A DNA stretch of 53,309 bases, counting the filler, from Dirinaria sp. TL-2023a (Eukaryota): assembly GCA_051941275.1 (NCBI GenBank). It is 2 parts of 2 records of this genome, joined end to end, with 100 filler letters (N's around TTAATTAATTAA, not from the genome) between each part and the next. Parts side by side here need not be neighbours in the genome. Positions count along the whole stretch, not along the records: positions 26,729 to 53,309 come from JAVEBF010000160.1; 1 more part is not named here. One strand, given 5' to 3'. Position numbers and translations under genes: made by a program. Shown in pieces: positions 34,997-46,400 of the stretch; within the stretch, counting starts at the first letter, position 1; each line of letters starts with the position of its first letter. The notes under the pieces are model-generated. The model had not been told where the DNA came from, ran no database searches, and saw only the letters and a list, made by a program, of their open reading frames with translations.

Positions 34997-37071
34997 CTAA
35001 GCCTTGATATCCGTTGCTACTGTAATGTGCTCGAGGTTGTGGTCGCTATCGTCGCTTGAGTTTGAACCCTGGCGCTCCTCCCCATCGATGGATCTGTCAA
35101 TAAGATGCGTTAGCGAACAGCGCAGCTGTTGGACTTTACCAGAAAATATACCTCCTGCGCTGCTTCTCATGCAAGACCTTAGTGCCAATACCTACGAGAA
35201 TCAATGCTATAGATAGACCTGTTATGGTAATAAACCCCTTGCGGTACTGTGGTGCATCGACCTGTTGCCAAACAAGCAGCGGTAGCCAAGCTTATAGCAC
35301 GTAAGCCATTTCTTTCATAGACGCGATCACGATCACTCATTCCTCGTTGTCTCCGGCACAGATCTCATGAGCCCATCTATGATTCTTCGCATTAGCCGCA
35401 GTTGCACTTAAACGTATTCACTTTTGGTGGTGAAAACGAACGCCATGCAAAGGCCCGAAAGACCGTAGCCACCTCCAGAAAATATATAACAGAACCAGCG
35501 CCAGCCTTCCGGAATACGCCATATGGCAAGCGACGTGTAACAGATAATGTTGATAATCTGATAATACAGGCGTCAGTTACTGTCACCGCGCGTAAAGCAG
35601 CGGCGCAATCCTGCGGGAAACTCATGAACATGGATCGGTTTAGCTCACAGCTCCAAAGATTATTGGCGGCAGCCGATCACCATTGAGAATGGAATCTGAT
35701 GCCCAAGCGTAGGAGAGAGTAGTCACAATTTGGACTGCATATGTCGTTGTCGGATAGTTATTAATCTGAGCTATCGTATATTTCGGATGTTTGGAGGCTT
35801 TCAAGTATTGAGCAAATACTGGTGCTGCACCTGCAGCACCATTGTTGAATAAACTGCTTGTGTCAGTCACATGGCGATTATGTTTTGGGGTTGACCCACA
35901 CATAGAGTGCTGTCAGCATATAGATGTGCCAGGAAGTTAGGATTTTCTTGACTTTGGCCTTCGTGTAGGGTGCCCTTGGCTTGCGGTCCTCTAGCGTCAT
36001 TCTCTTGACCGCGAAAATTCGTTCCTACTTGCAATCTTAGTCTGACTTTCCATGATGAAGTCGTAGACTTCTTACCTGATCTGTCAAGTACCAAGCACGG
36101 CTGGTCTCGGGGACGTCAGGAATGAAAAAGAAACCTGCAACGGCTATGGGTAAGGAGATAATGCCATCGACTAGAAACAACCTGAATCACACCTTAGTCG
36201 TGGCTCTACTGCCTGAAGATTTAGAATTAGTACCATTGCCAACCAGCAAAGCCATTTCTGCCACTTAGATGGTAGACAGAAGCCATCAAATAACCCGAGC
36301 ACATGGTTGCTACTGCTGCACTGGTATGGAAGATACATGACCGCTTGGCGAGCTCATCTTTTCTATACCAGGAGCCTATAACGTATTGCATTCCGGGATA
36401 GAATGAGCCCTCTGCGAGACCTGAGTCTCGGTTAGAAGAGGTAGATATCTGGGCACACAAGGATCAAGTATACCAACAAAGAATCGGATGATGTACACTT
36501 GACGTGCCGAAGTGCAACGGCTGATACTGAAGGTAAGTACAGTCCATACAATCTGATTTGTGTCAGAGTATCTGTCATATACACTCAGCTCTCGACTGAC
36601 CTCATTCGTCGGGATCCAAAGTGAGGGCCGAATGCGAGTTAGGACTACATTACTTGGAATTTGACCAAGGACGTAGCCTATGGTCCAGCAAGTTTGCATA
36701 TAATTGAGTTCATTATGGTAAAGCGAGAGTTGTTCTTTCCTTTGCACGAATCAGCATTTACAAACCAGTTCCAGGACCGGGACCGCAGACATTCCGGATA
36801 CAAAGGCATTATTCATATTGGCTTGATCGAGGTATTTGATAAAATACCCTGAGCGTGTTAACAGGTCAGAATAATCACAAATTATCTCGCAATACTTACC
36901 CAAAGACGCGAATGTCAGTAGCGCAAAGTCAAGTTTGAACAAGAAGCGACGCTCTTCTTGTGACTTGTCCAAAGTGTCCCAGATGTAGCTTTGCCACTTC
37001 CGCTTAACCCTTGTATGAATCAAGTCATCTGCTCTCCCCAATCTTTGCGTAACATCGTCACCTGGTTGCAT
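34997..37071 (-). CDS. MFS transporter, allantoate permease / anion:cation symporter family (SEO1/FEN2/Liz1-like), multi-exon
   Basis: WQSYIWDTLDKSQEERRFLFKLD, KYLDQANMNNAFVSGM, WTIGYVLGQIPSN, FYPGMQYVIGSWYRKDELAKRSCIF, GWQWLFLVDGIISLP, WQQVDAPQYRKGF. Confidence 0.92.
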
Positions 37072-37206
37072 GGTGCGTAGACAGGCAGTTACTAGTAAGT
37101 GATATCGAGTGAGCGAGGCTCGTGGAGAAAAAGGATTTCTGGTGCAATCAGGATACTAATAACCAGAGATCTCATCGCCATAGAACTTGCGTTCTGCCAA
37201 GTATCT

Positions 37207-37216
37207 ATGGCGTGCT
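37207..37216. promoter_or_regulatory. Candidate bZIP site ATGGCGTGCT upstream of the SEO1-like MFS
   Basis: Reverse complement of the 10-mer at 30418 and 34700. Confidence 0.55.
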
Positions 37217-37700
37217 ACAATCGCTGTAGATATAGCTGCTTAGAAAGCTAGATATGCATGTAGCCCAGCCTAGCACGGTTTGTGCGCATCGAGACAAATC
37301 ACGAGATGAGGGCCAGAGAAAGATAGGGATCTTCGGCATCTCGGCTGGTGCTGGCCAGTAAAAATATCAATTATTTTCAGAGGACCCAGCCCTCACACAA
37401 AATTGCAAAAGTGGAAAACAGTTCCTAATCTAGAGTGACCTGGCCAAATGGCTCTGAAGGAGGCGCATCTCCGGCCACTGATGCTAAAATTCATGCGAAC
37501 ATTAACTATGATAAAGTGAAGCTCATTGGAGGCTTGAAGACTTTCGACCCCGTTGCCCTTCGAACGGAATTTCATTTCGGCTAGGCTTCAAAGACTAATT
37601 GCCTAGTCAAGGCATCGACTCATAAGCAGAGGAGTTCATCGAGGTAACATTTGGAAGGCAATGGAAAAATTTGTACTTGGGAACTAGCAAGGATCATGCG

Positions 37701-37710
37701 ATGGTATCAT
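37701..37710. promoter_or_regulatory. ATGGTATCAT, exact match to the Neurospora CYS-3 consensus ATGRYRYCAT
   Basis: Lies in the divergent MFS/TauD promoter region. Confidence 0.5.
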
Positions 37711-37925
37711 CGTCTCCTCGGTAACACAGCAGACCTGAACGAGCTGTGTCCAAATGTCACACCTAAAAAGTGTTTCACTGGCACGATTGGCTGCCTATCC
37801 AAGAGTAACTTTGAGAAGATAAGACGATAAGAGGCCGAAGTCTCGGGAGGAGCATTGAAAAGGCGCCACTGCATGTTAGGGAAGGGGAGAGTCCAGCATT
37901 GTGTGTAAGGGTGTAAGCAATCCGT

Positions 37926-37935
37926 ATTGCGTGAT
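37926..37935. promoter_or_regulatory. Candidate bZIP site ATTGCGTGAT upstream of TauD
   Basis: Reverse complement occurs at 34712-34721 in the FMO promoter; about 155 bp upstream of the TauD ATG. Confidence 0.5.
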
Positions 37936-38090
37936 TGACCCCGCAATCTAAACCGAACATGAGTTGAAAGCATAGTACGGGCGAAGGACTCGTACAATAG
38001 CCCTGTGAAGATAGCCCTGTGAAGAAGAAAACCATCGACACAAACTTCTACTAACATATAAGAGACTTCGATTTACTGAGTTGTGGAGCA

Positions 38091-39331
38091 ATGGCTCCAT
38101 CTGCCATTGACCCAGTCTTCGTCGATGTGGTACAGCCTAAGACGGATACCTTGAAACTTCCTTTGGAGTCCAGGAAGAGGCTTGAAAAGGCAGGTATAGA
38201 CTTATCCAATGGGTATCCATATCGCCCCGCCAGGCCACTGTATCTGCAAGACGTCGAAAAGCTTCGTAGTGGATTCCGTGAGCATAGAGATCCAGGCGCT
38301 CGAGCCGATCGAGGCAAGTCGAGTTTGTTTGCTGCAGCGGAGAAAGTCATCGACCTGACTGCTCATATTGGGACGGAGGTTGTGGGGTTGCAGCTGAAGG
38401 ACTTGACCGCTCAGCAAAAGGACGAGCTAGGCTTGCTCATTGCCGAGCGCAGCGTGGTTTTTTTCCGCGATCAAGACATTTCGCCGCAACAACAGAGAGA
38501 GCTCGGAGAGTGGTATGGCGAAATTGAGGTCCATGTAGGTTGCGAATTTCTGAATTTCCCGTGCGTGGTTGACAGATGGGCATAAAGCCACAAGTGCCAC
38601 AAGTCCCTGGAGTCCCCGGTGTGACTGTTATCTGGCCAGAGCTTCAAGCGACCGAAGCCAAAGTGACCAATTTCCGAAACCCCGGAGGCGCGGCCAGATG
38701 GCATACAGATCTGGTGCACGAGAAACAGCCGGCAGGGGTGACTCACTTACATAACGACACAGTACCTGCTATCGGTGGCGATACGCTGTGGGCAAGCGGA
38801 TACGCCGCCTACGAGAAGCTATCACCCGATTTCCGCAAGATAATTGACGGCAAGCAAGCGGTGTATCGCTCAGCTCATCCGTATCTAGATCGCAATGATC
38901 CCACTGCAGGACCCAAGTACTTGGAGCGTGTTCATCCGTTGGTGAGGGTTCACCCAGCCACAGGATGGAAGGCACTTTGGGTCAACCGCGCAATGACTGT
39001 TCGCATCGTGGGTCTTGACAAAGCCGAGAGCGACGTCATTCTAGGATACCTTTACGATGTTTTCGAGAAGAATGTCGATATTCAGGTTCGTTTCCGCTGG
39101 ACTCCCCGGACAAGTGCGTTATGGGATAACAGGTGAGCAATCATCTCCGTATCCGTACTGGATGTAGCAATGACGTGTTGCAGGATCACCATCCACAATG
39201 CGAGCTGGGACTATGAAGGCTCCACGCCAAGGCACGGGACAAGAGTGACAGCACTGGCAGAAGTTCCTTTCTTTGATGAGCATGCTCCCACAAGGCGGCA
39301 AGCCTTGGGCATTGCTGGCAGTGATGATTGA
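38091..39331 (+). CDS. TauD/TfdA family Fe(II)/2-oxoglutarate-dependent sulfonate dioxygenase (JLP1-like), 3 exons
   Basis: DLTAHIGTEVVGLQL, LLIAERSVVFFRDQ, WHTDLVHE (HxD), GGDTLWASGY, HPLVRVHPATGWKALWVN, WDNR|ITIHNA, RHGTRVT; stop at 39329-39331. Confidence 0.95.
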
Positions 39332-39782
39332 CAAGCAGTAACCGCAGTCTAAGGCTTTCGTTGCTTTTCATCCAAGTACCTGTGACTTTGGGTTAATCAA
39401 ACAAACACTAAGGTAGACAGCGAACACAAATGTCAGGGAGCACGGAATCAAATGTGCTTGTTCCTAGCCAGTAGTGAGAAGGTGTCGAGGTATTTTGCTC
39501 TCCCATGCCAAGCAACCAATTCGATCCAAACGAGGGCTCAACCCTCGCTTTTTGGGCTTAGCCATTTCCCGCCTAGCGCAGTCGCACTCATCCCTCGCAA
39601 ATCTTGACTCACCACTCACCAGTGCACAACTCCTAAGATCGATTTCCATCTAGCTATCAAAGCTTCTGTCTCTACCTACTCGCATCGATCGCACTTCAAC
39701 TGAATGTTAGGATAAATCTGCCCTTAGAGAACCAACAGGAACTTCAGCAAAAAGTAACAGCGATAAAGCGAGAACTGCGACA

Positions 39783-40270
39783 ATGGTGGGTGGCGACGCC
39801 GTTCTGCGGCTTGTCGGCATCAAGCGGTGACTGACGAAAAGGATACAGGTTTTGGCAGTCGATCTTCTCAACCCGGCGCCTGCGGCCGAGGCCCGCAAGC
39901 ACAAGCTGAAGGTACGTTTGATGCGATGTCTGCGAGCAGAATCCAGGTTTCATCAAAGCTAGTGGGGTGCGGGTTGTCGTGTGCCTCACCATAATTACTC
40001 CCTCCAAGGCGCACATTCACACTTAATGGCCCAGACACATATAACAATGCCGCATTCTTTCGGATGCTGATATGGTGCTTTATGTAGATGCTTGTGCCCG
40101 CACCCCGATCCTTCTTCATGGACGTCAAATGCCCCGGCTGCTTCACAATCACGACCGTCTTCTCCCATGCGCAAACTGTCGTCATCTGCGGAGGGTGCAG
40201 TACGGTGCTATGCCAGCCCACAGGAGGCAAGGCGCGGTTGACAGAAGGGTGCTCATTTCGGAGGAAGTAG
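39783..40270 (+). CDS. RPS27: 40S ribosomal protein eS27 (S27)
   Basis: Exons 39783-39785 (ATG), 39849-39911 and 40088-40270 give [82 protein letters not shown]. Confidence 0.98.
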
Positions 40271-40786
40271 GGAGATTTGGTACTGGTGGTAAAGAAGAGA
40301 GAAGGACAGGACGAGGGATGTTGGAAGGTAGAGGTCGAGATGCTGTATGTTAGCATGAAGTATGGTATAGAACCAAAGAGGAGTGGATTTGCATGCCCTT
40401 TAAGTCTCTCGCGCAATTTCGCTGGTTATATTGTAGGTTGACTGGTAAGATGTCTGTATGGCATATGCCAGGATATTTGTTGGTGGACGGACATGTTTCA
40501 TTGCTTCGCGCCTGATACTTGTACATGGGCTTAAACGTCTAACATATCCTGGGCTCTTACACTTCTTTTCGCTTTCTAGTCTGAAACATCGTACAAACGC
40601 ATAGATGCTGAGCCGTTGTCTTACTTTAAAATGAAACATATCACGAGCTCATATGCGAAGACATTAGGTCACATTTTACTCGATGATTCTTACGAACCCT
40701 TGATACAGCAAAAGGGTGAGCACCACGCCTTCCATACGCGCTCAATGGCCCGCTCAACAGAAGTCAAAAGTATTCCTCGAATGTTG

Positions 40787-42379
40787 TTACGGCGCAGTCC
40801 ATCCGCTCACTACTTCAATACCCCTTTCCCCATCTTGCTCTGTCGGCGTACAAGCCCAGCTGCAACCTCTTCTAAGAAGCGGAAATATGGACGTGCCGAG
40901 ACATGACATACTGGCCGCTTCTGACCTAGAGGGACCAAGCGGGTAAATCGCAAGCGTACAACGCCACCATTCCACCCACTCAGTGCGTGGTATAAGATAT
41001 TCTTTGTTGCAGACGGTGCACTTTTGGCCACGATAAGATTTTATATACCAGGCTCGTTTCAACAGTTCATCAATATTAGAAGGGCGAGATGTTGGAAGGA
41101 AAAAGGGCAGCTGAGATAGATTCATGGAGGCATACGCGGAGCGTAGAGCAAGCTCGAGCAAGGAGGGTACCTTTGTCCTTTCACTCAACGGTGGTTCCAG
41201 CATCTTTGCTTTTTGTGGCTGAAAATTCAAGGTACTTGACGGGGCCGGGGTCCAACCCTGTACAGAGGATCCGTCAGTAGAAAGGTAAGCAACGGACGTT
41301 CGGCACAAAGCATGAAGGCCACTTTGTGGACTGTTCTCGAAAATGGTTCCAGCACTATTCAGGTTTTGCGGCTGGATAAAAGGGTTCAGCGCAGCAGAGA
41401 TCCAACCCAGGCGGTGAGCAAACAGATCCAAGATCTCAAAAGGCAGCCAGCGCAAGTTGTTATTACTCAGGTTGAGCTCCTCCAGCCGCCGAAGACGAGA
41501 CAAAGCGGGTGATATCTCCACTATATCGTTTGCACGGGCGGATAATATTGTTAAGTGATCTAATTCGTAGAGTTCTCCTGGTAATACGGTAAGCTCATTG
41601 CCCGCCAAGTACAGCTCAATAGGCCTGTAGATCTCGCCGTAGTCTTCGTCTTGGGATGCCGGGGTTGTTCGCGCCAGGAAGCGCAAAGCTTGTAGTGTCG
41701 AGGGCAGCAGATGTCGCATACTGAGGCCTGAGAGGTCGAGAACGCGCTGACTGGAATCTGCATAGGTTTCGGTTAAAATCAATGCTCTTTTCTGTGCTCG
41801 GTGGAACGCTTCTAGATCCTGGGGCTGCTGCTGCCAATAGGGGAAAATTGGGCCATGCTGTAGTCCAGGGTCCTCAAAGTACTGCGCTGCTCGTTTGAGG
41901 AGAGAGGTTTCCCCATGTTCCTTTCCTTCCCTGGGCGGAATGGACATTGGGCTCAAGCAACCGGATGCAGCATTGTATTCACCATTGGAGAGCCCTTTTT
42001 CCTGGCGTGGCTCCTCGTCCATCTCTTCAGTCTCATCGCTTCCCATCCATACTCCACTATCCAGATCACGCCGAAAAGGACCCCTTCGGCGGCGTTCTGG
42101 ACGATAATGTTGTTCTAGCGATACGCCCTTTCCACTGTGGTTGTACCAAGGCCCACGTCGTTGACGTTTGAGATTAGAGTTGGGCTGAATATAGTTTTCC
42201 ACCGTCGCGGGTGAATCGTCACTCGAAAAAATGGGCGGATCGCTCGAGTCGGCAACGAACTCATCGATGTCGCGCTTCCTACTTGTGTTCCTTCGCAGAG
42301 GCCATGGTACCGACAGTGGGAGGCTTGGCTCGAACTCGTCCGTGGGACATTGTGATCTGGACATGCCTTCGTCCTCCAT
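40787..42379 (-). CDS. Conserved fungal leucine-rich repeat protein
   Basis: Intronless ORF with LRR units LYLAGNELTVLPGELYELDHLTILSARANDIVEISPALSRLRRLEELNLSNNNLRWLP, N-terminal SSDPPIFSSDD and DSGVWMGSD, C-terminal VPSLLELAL, CTVC and RRGCSWAC. Likely ATG at 42379 (MEDEG). Confidence 0.85.
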   Translation of the reverse strand: MEDEGMSRSQCPTDEFEPSLPLSVPWPLRRNTSRKRDIDEFVADSSDPPIFSSDDSPATVENYIQPNSNLKRQRRGPWYNHSGKGVSLEQHYRPERRRRGPFRRDLDSGVWMGSDETEEMDEEPRQEKGLSNGEYNAASGCLSPMSIPPREGKEHGETSLLKRAAQYFEDPGLQHGPIFPYWQQQPQDLEAFHRAQKRALILTETYADSSQRVLDLSGLSMRHLLPSTLQALRFLARTTPASQDEDYGEIYRPIELYLAGNELTVLPGELYELDHLTILSARANDIVEISPALSRLRRLEELNLSNNNLRWLPFEILDLFAHRLGWISAALNPFIQPQNLNSAGTIFENSPQSGLHALCRTSVAYLSTDGSSVQGWTPAPSSTLNFQPQKAKMLEPPLSERTKVPSLLELALRSAYASMNLSQLPFFLPTSRPSNIDELLKRAWYIKSYRGQKCTVCNKEYLIPRTEWVEWWRCTLAIYPLGPSRSEAASMSCLGTSIFPLLRRGCSWACTPTEQDGERGIEVVSGWTAP

Positions 42380-43460
42380 AATTCGTATCGAAATCTTAGA
42401 CTTTCCAGTGGGCAAATACGTAGCACCGAATGTCCTGTATGACGGAATTCAATTCGGGCGTCACGCGTATTCCATGTGGCAGACGCGTTCAACGAAAAAA
42501 AACGACAGCTGACGGGACGAACCGACAATTAGCTTCAAGGTTTGTTTTCGCTTTCTCATGCCACGAATCCCTTTTTACCTGGGGATTATACACATTGATT
42601 TCTCTGCTGTGGCAGGGTTCTACTTTCAAGACGAGACTTTGTAAACAAGATGATGATGAATGGACTCACTGTAGAAGCGTCACAGCAAGAATATTGGGTG
42701 CATTACCAACGTTAAAGGTGAGATACCCTAACCCTAAGGTAAGGTGTCGAGCGTACCTTAAGGTAAGGTCTTGCTCCCACTGGCGCACCCTCTTGTCGCT
42801 GGAAGCGGCAATAGTTACCTCGAGTAAAACATCACCCGACCCTGTTGATGCAACCTACCATAGGGAAAACGCGGTACCTTACCTTATCTGACTGGAGATC
42901 TCCTAAATGGCCTTTGAACAATCGCCTAGGTGGACGATCCCGCAGTAACTCGTACACAGTGCAGCACTGTTCCACTTGGTCCACGATAATGTCTGCCTTT
43001 GTCGCAAATGCGTCAAATGTGAAGAATGAATTGCTCAATACTGGAATTCAGTTGTCTTCAATTACGAGATGGTGGGGAAGGAAGTCGGTATTACTGAAGC
43101 TCGGAAAAATCGGACCTTAGAGATTAATCGCAGCCGTGCAAGAAATTCCAGCTTTCAGCCTCATCTGCAAGAGACCCATGGGCCATGGCGATCGGGCTCC
43201 CGTGAGGAATAGTTGTCGATCACTTTCCTAAAAGAGGTCCATGGCAAGTCCCCACGTTTGATAGCGTTACATGGATATTATTATTAATAAGTTCGTCGCG
43301 CAAGGCTGAGCGGTTCAGCTGCAATTCCGATTATGGAGTTAATAACTCGCACCGCTCAAGGTGGAGGTTCACACCATTCCACTGCTCTTTGGCGCAGAGA
43401 GATGCTGGGCATCACTCGTCAAATTATCCAGTCTGCCCTGTCCAGAGACCCAATCACAGA

Positions 43461-46400
43461 ATGGACCAAGGCCAGGTGAATGGAAAGACTAGGACCGATC
43501 AAAGCTCTATTCAAGCAATACTTCGTGAAGGATTTGTCGGGATCGCTCCTGGTGACAAAGCTTGGGAAAATACTGAAGTCGAGTCTGGAATTCTATTGGC
43601 CTCTATTGCGAGAATCATTGCTGATTGAGTTAAAGCATTGTCGCTGTCCCTGCAGTAGGCGCTCATCCGGAAAGAACTTGGATACCTTATCTTTCACAGC
43701 GTCCGAGAGAGCGCACGCAGGCCCTTTACAACAAGACCCTGTCCACTGCCCCTCCAACAGCTCGCTCCTCAAAATCGCTCATCTACGATCTGTCGTCGAG
43801 ACGTAGTGCTGAGAGTTCTCCCGCTGAACCTCCCCATACTCCTTTAGACATTGACGAAGATGGCCGCGACATGTCGCATGGGCCATGGTTAACGAATGAT
43901 CTTCGGAAAAAGGTACCACAGGCCAGGATCCTTCTGTATCACCATGGCGAATTGGAAGAGGGCACTACAATACAAACGTTGGCAGATCGTTTATTGGAAA
44001 ATCTACGCCAAGCACGGAAAATAGAGTTCAAAACTGAATCGTCAGATTCATTCTGTCGGCCCATCTTCTTTATCTGCCACAGCACAGGGGGCCTTGTTGC
44101 CAAAAAGGCTTTGAACATAGCTAATGAGGAAGGTGCTCTGACGCCCATCGCTGATGACTGTCACGGTATGACGTTCATAGCTACTCCGCACCAAGGATCT
44201 GCCTACCTATCATCGAAAGAATTCTGGCCGAGTATTCGAGAAGTCATGCGTTTACACTCTGTGATTCCCGACAGCTTGCAGCGACAACTACGCTTCGAAA
44301 GCCCCGAGTTGCTTGACATGGCGGAGAAATTCAAGAAATACTCTACGGACTTGCGCATCACTACATACTATGAGACCACTGACTCGGACTTGGCTTTCAC
44401 GCCGGCGAATGATGATGGGCCAAGATCGTACCACGTCCCTATTGTCTCCGTGGCGTCTGCCATTATGGAGTTGGAACATGAATCAGAGATTCCTCTTTCC
44501 AGTGACCACGTAGGCTGCGCGACTTTCATAGGAGATACTGAGGCTCAGGAAACCTTCATCTCGGAGCTTGAAGTGGCCGCCCGCTCAGCAGCGACTTTAT
44601 CGAAAGTAAAGCATTACAGCATAGATCTGGAAGAGGAAGTGAGGGTTGAGGTTAATGGGTTTTTTGAGGATAACACGTCGTCCGTGAAACTTTGGACCGC
44701 AAGGCCATCACTCGCAGATTTTCTGAAGAGTAGCCCAAAGGAACTCCTAAAAGATCGCCTCAAGCAATCAAAGGAGCTTATCAAAGCCCCTGCGGCTAAG
44801 AAGGACACACAAAGTAACAAGGGGAAGGAAATTTCAGCTTTGACAGTAGCCGAAGAGCCGAAGTTGAAACCCCCCGAGAAGCTTCGTGGGAAATATGGCA
44901 ATGCTCCACGGAACAAGCAAATGCTACAGCGTCCAGCTCCTCTTATCAAGTCTATGTCTAGCAGCCGATTAGCGAAAGACCCCGGCAATGAGCAGAACAA
45001 TGGAAGCCGATTAGAAACACAGAAAACTGCCCCAGATGATACGTCGACTGTTGCAACTGAAGGCCGTTCTGTACCTATTATCACATTCTCCCCAGAAAAC
45101 CCGCTCAAGGAGCCACGCAGGCACTCGATTGCTCCTGCCGATCCTGGACCGCAGCTTCCAGCAATGAATAGACTCAAATTGACATGGGTGCATATTCCGT
45201 ATACCCACCCTGGCTGGGTTCCCTCTGTACTGGATCGATTCTTCCAGGGAACAGAAGCGAATCCATATTCGGAATTTCTTAAAGAAGAACACTGGGCTTC
45301 AAATCACAATCACGGAAGACATGCGGCACCTCATGCTAAATACGTGAACTCCACTTTCATCAATCCTAGCAAAGAATCAAACAAATTTGCAGTATATGTA
45401 AGTATGCTTAACGCATGTTAGAGGACACCAGCTGACTGTACCGGTCTAAGCTTCAATATGTACGTAAGCAGTCTAAGTCTTCGTGCATTGATCCGAAGCT
45501 GACCGTAATCTCCAGTTACACTGGGACACGTACAGGCAACTGTTAGTAAGACGTCTCACAATCAGACGACGCATGAACCAACGACGTGTAAGACCAATTC
45601 GTGAAGACATCAAAGATTCGAAATCACTAGAAGCCAAGATGATTTGGAAATACCTGGGAGCGGAGCCGCCATTTCACTGCCGGAGGACGTTGGATCAATT
45701 TGGATATCCAAATTTGAGATCGTGCGAAGCCCGAGATGATGATCAGATGATTTGGAAGAGAACGAAACCGAAAGCTAAGATCTCCGCACGGTCAAGTAAG
45801 AAAACCGGATCAAGTACACATGAACCTTATGACTTTACATCTTCTACCGATTTCGAAAAAAAGCACAGCGCCCATCATAGCCCTTTTGACAGGGAGGAAG
45901 ACGACAATGATGAGTCATTACAGAAGAAATTAGAAGAAATCAAAAACAGTACCCAAGAAGGCAACGTGCTCATGGTTGATCAGCTGTGGCTCTGGGCTTT
46001 GGACGACAAGACTATCGTGACCTTTTTTCCCAGAAAGGAGGGCTTCGCGTCCGAGGGCAGGCTGTCCCAGCAGGGCGATCTACACAACGATATCTATAAC
46101 GAAGTCAACTCTGGCCTGACGGTGGTACCAGACGCGCATATGTTCGCTGCACTCATAGTGCAACGTGCAGTAACAATACTGTTAGATCGCACTGCGCACC
46201 GACATCTCCAAGTTCTCCGCATCTATGAAGAATCACTCAGTATCCTTGTATGTTTTCTTCCATTGCGTCGCCTGATCGTCTCACTGACGTGTACAGATTG
46301 AAAGGATGACAAGATCCTATAAGTCCTTCCGAAAAGAAGGCTTCAGCGTCAGGCCCGATGCCTACTACCGCAAACAAAATGGTGAGCCAATGACAACAGG

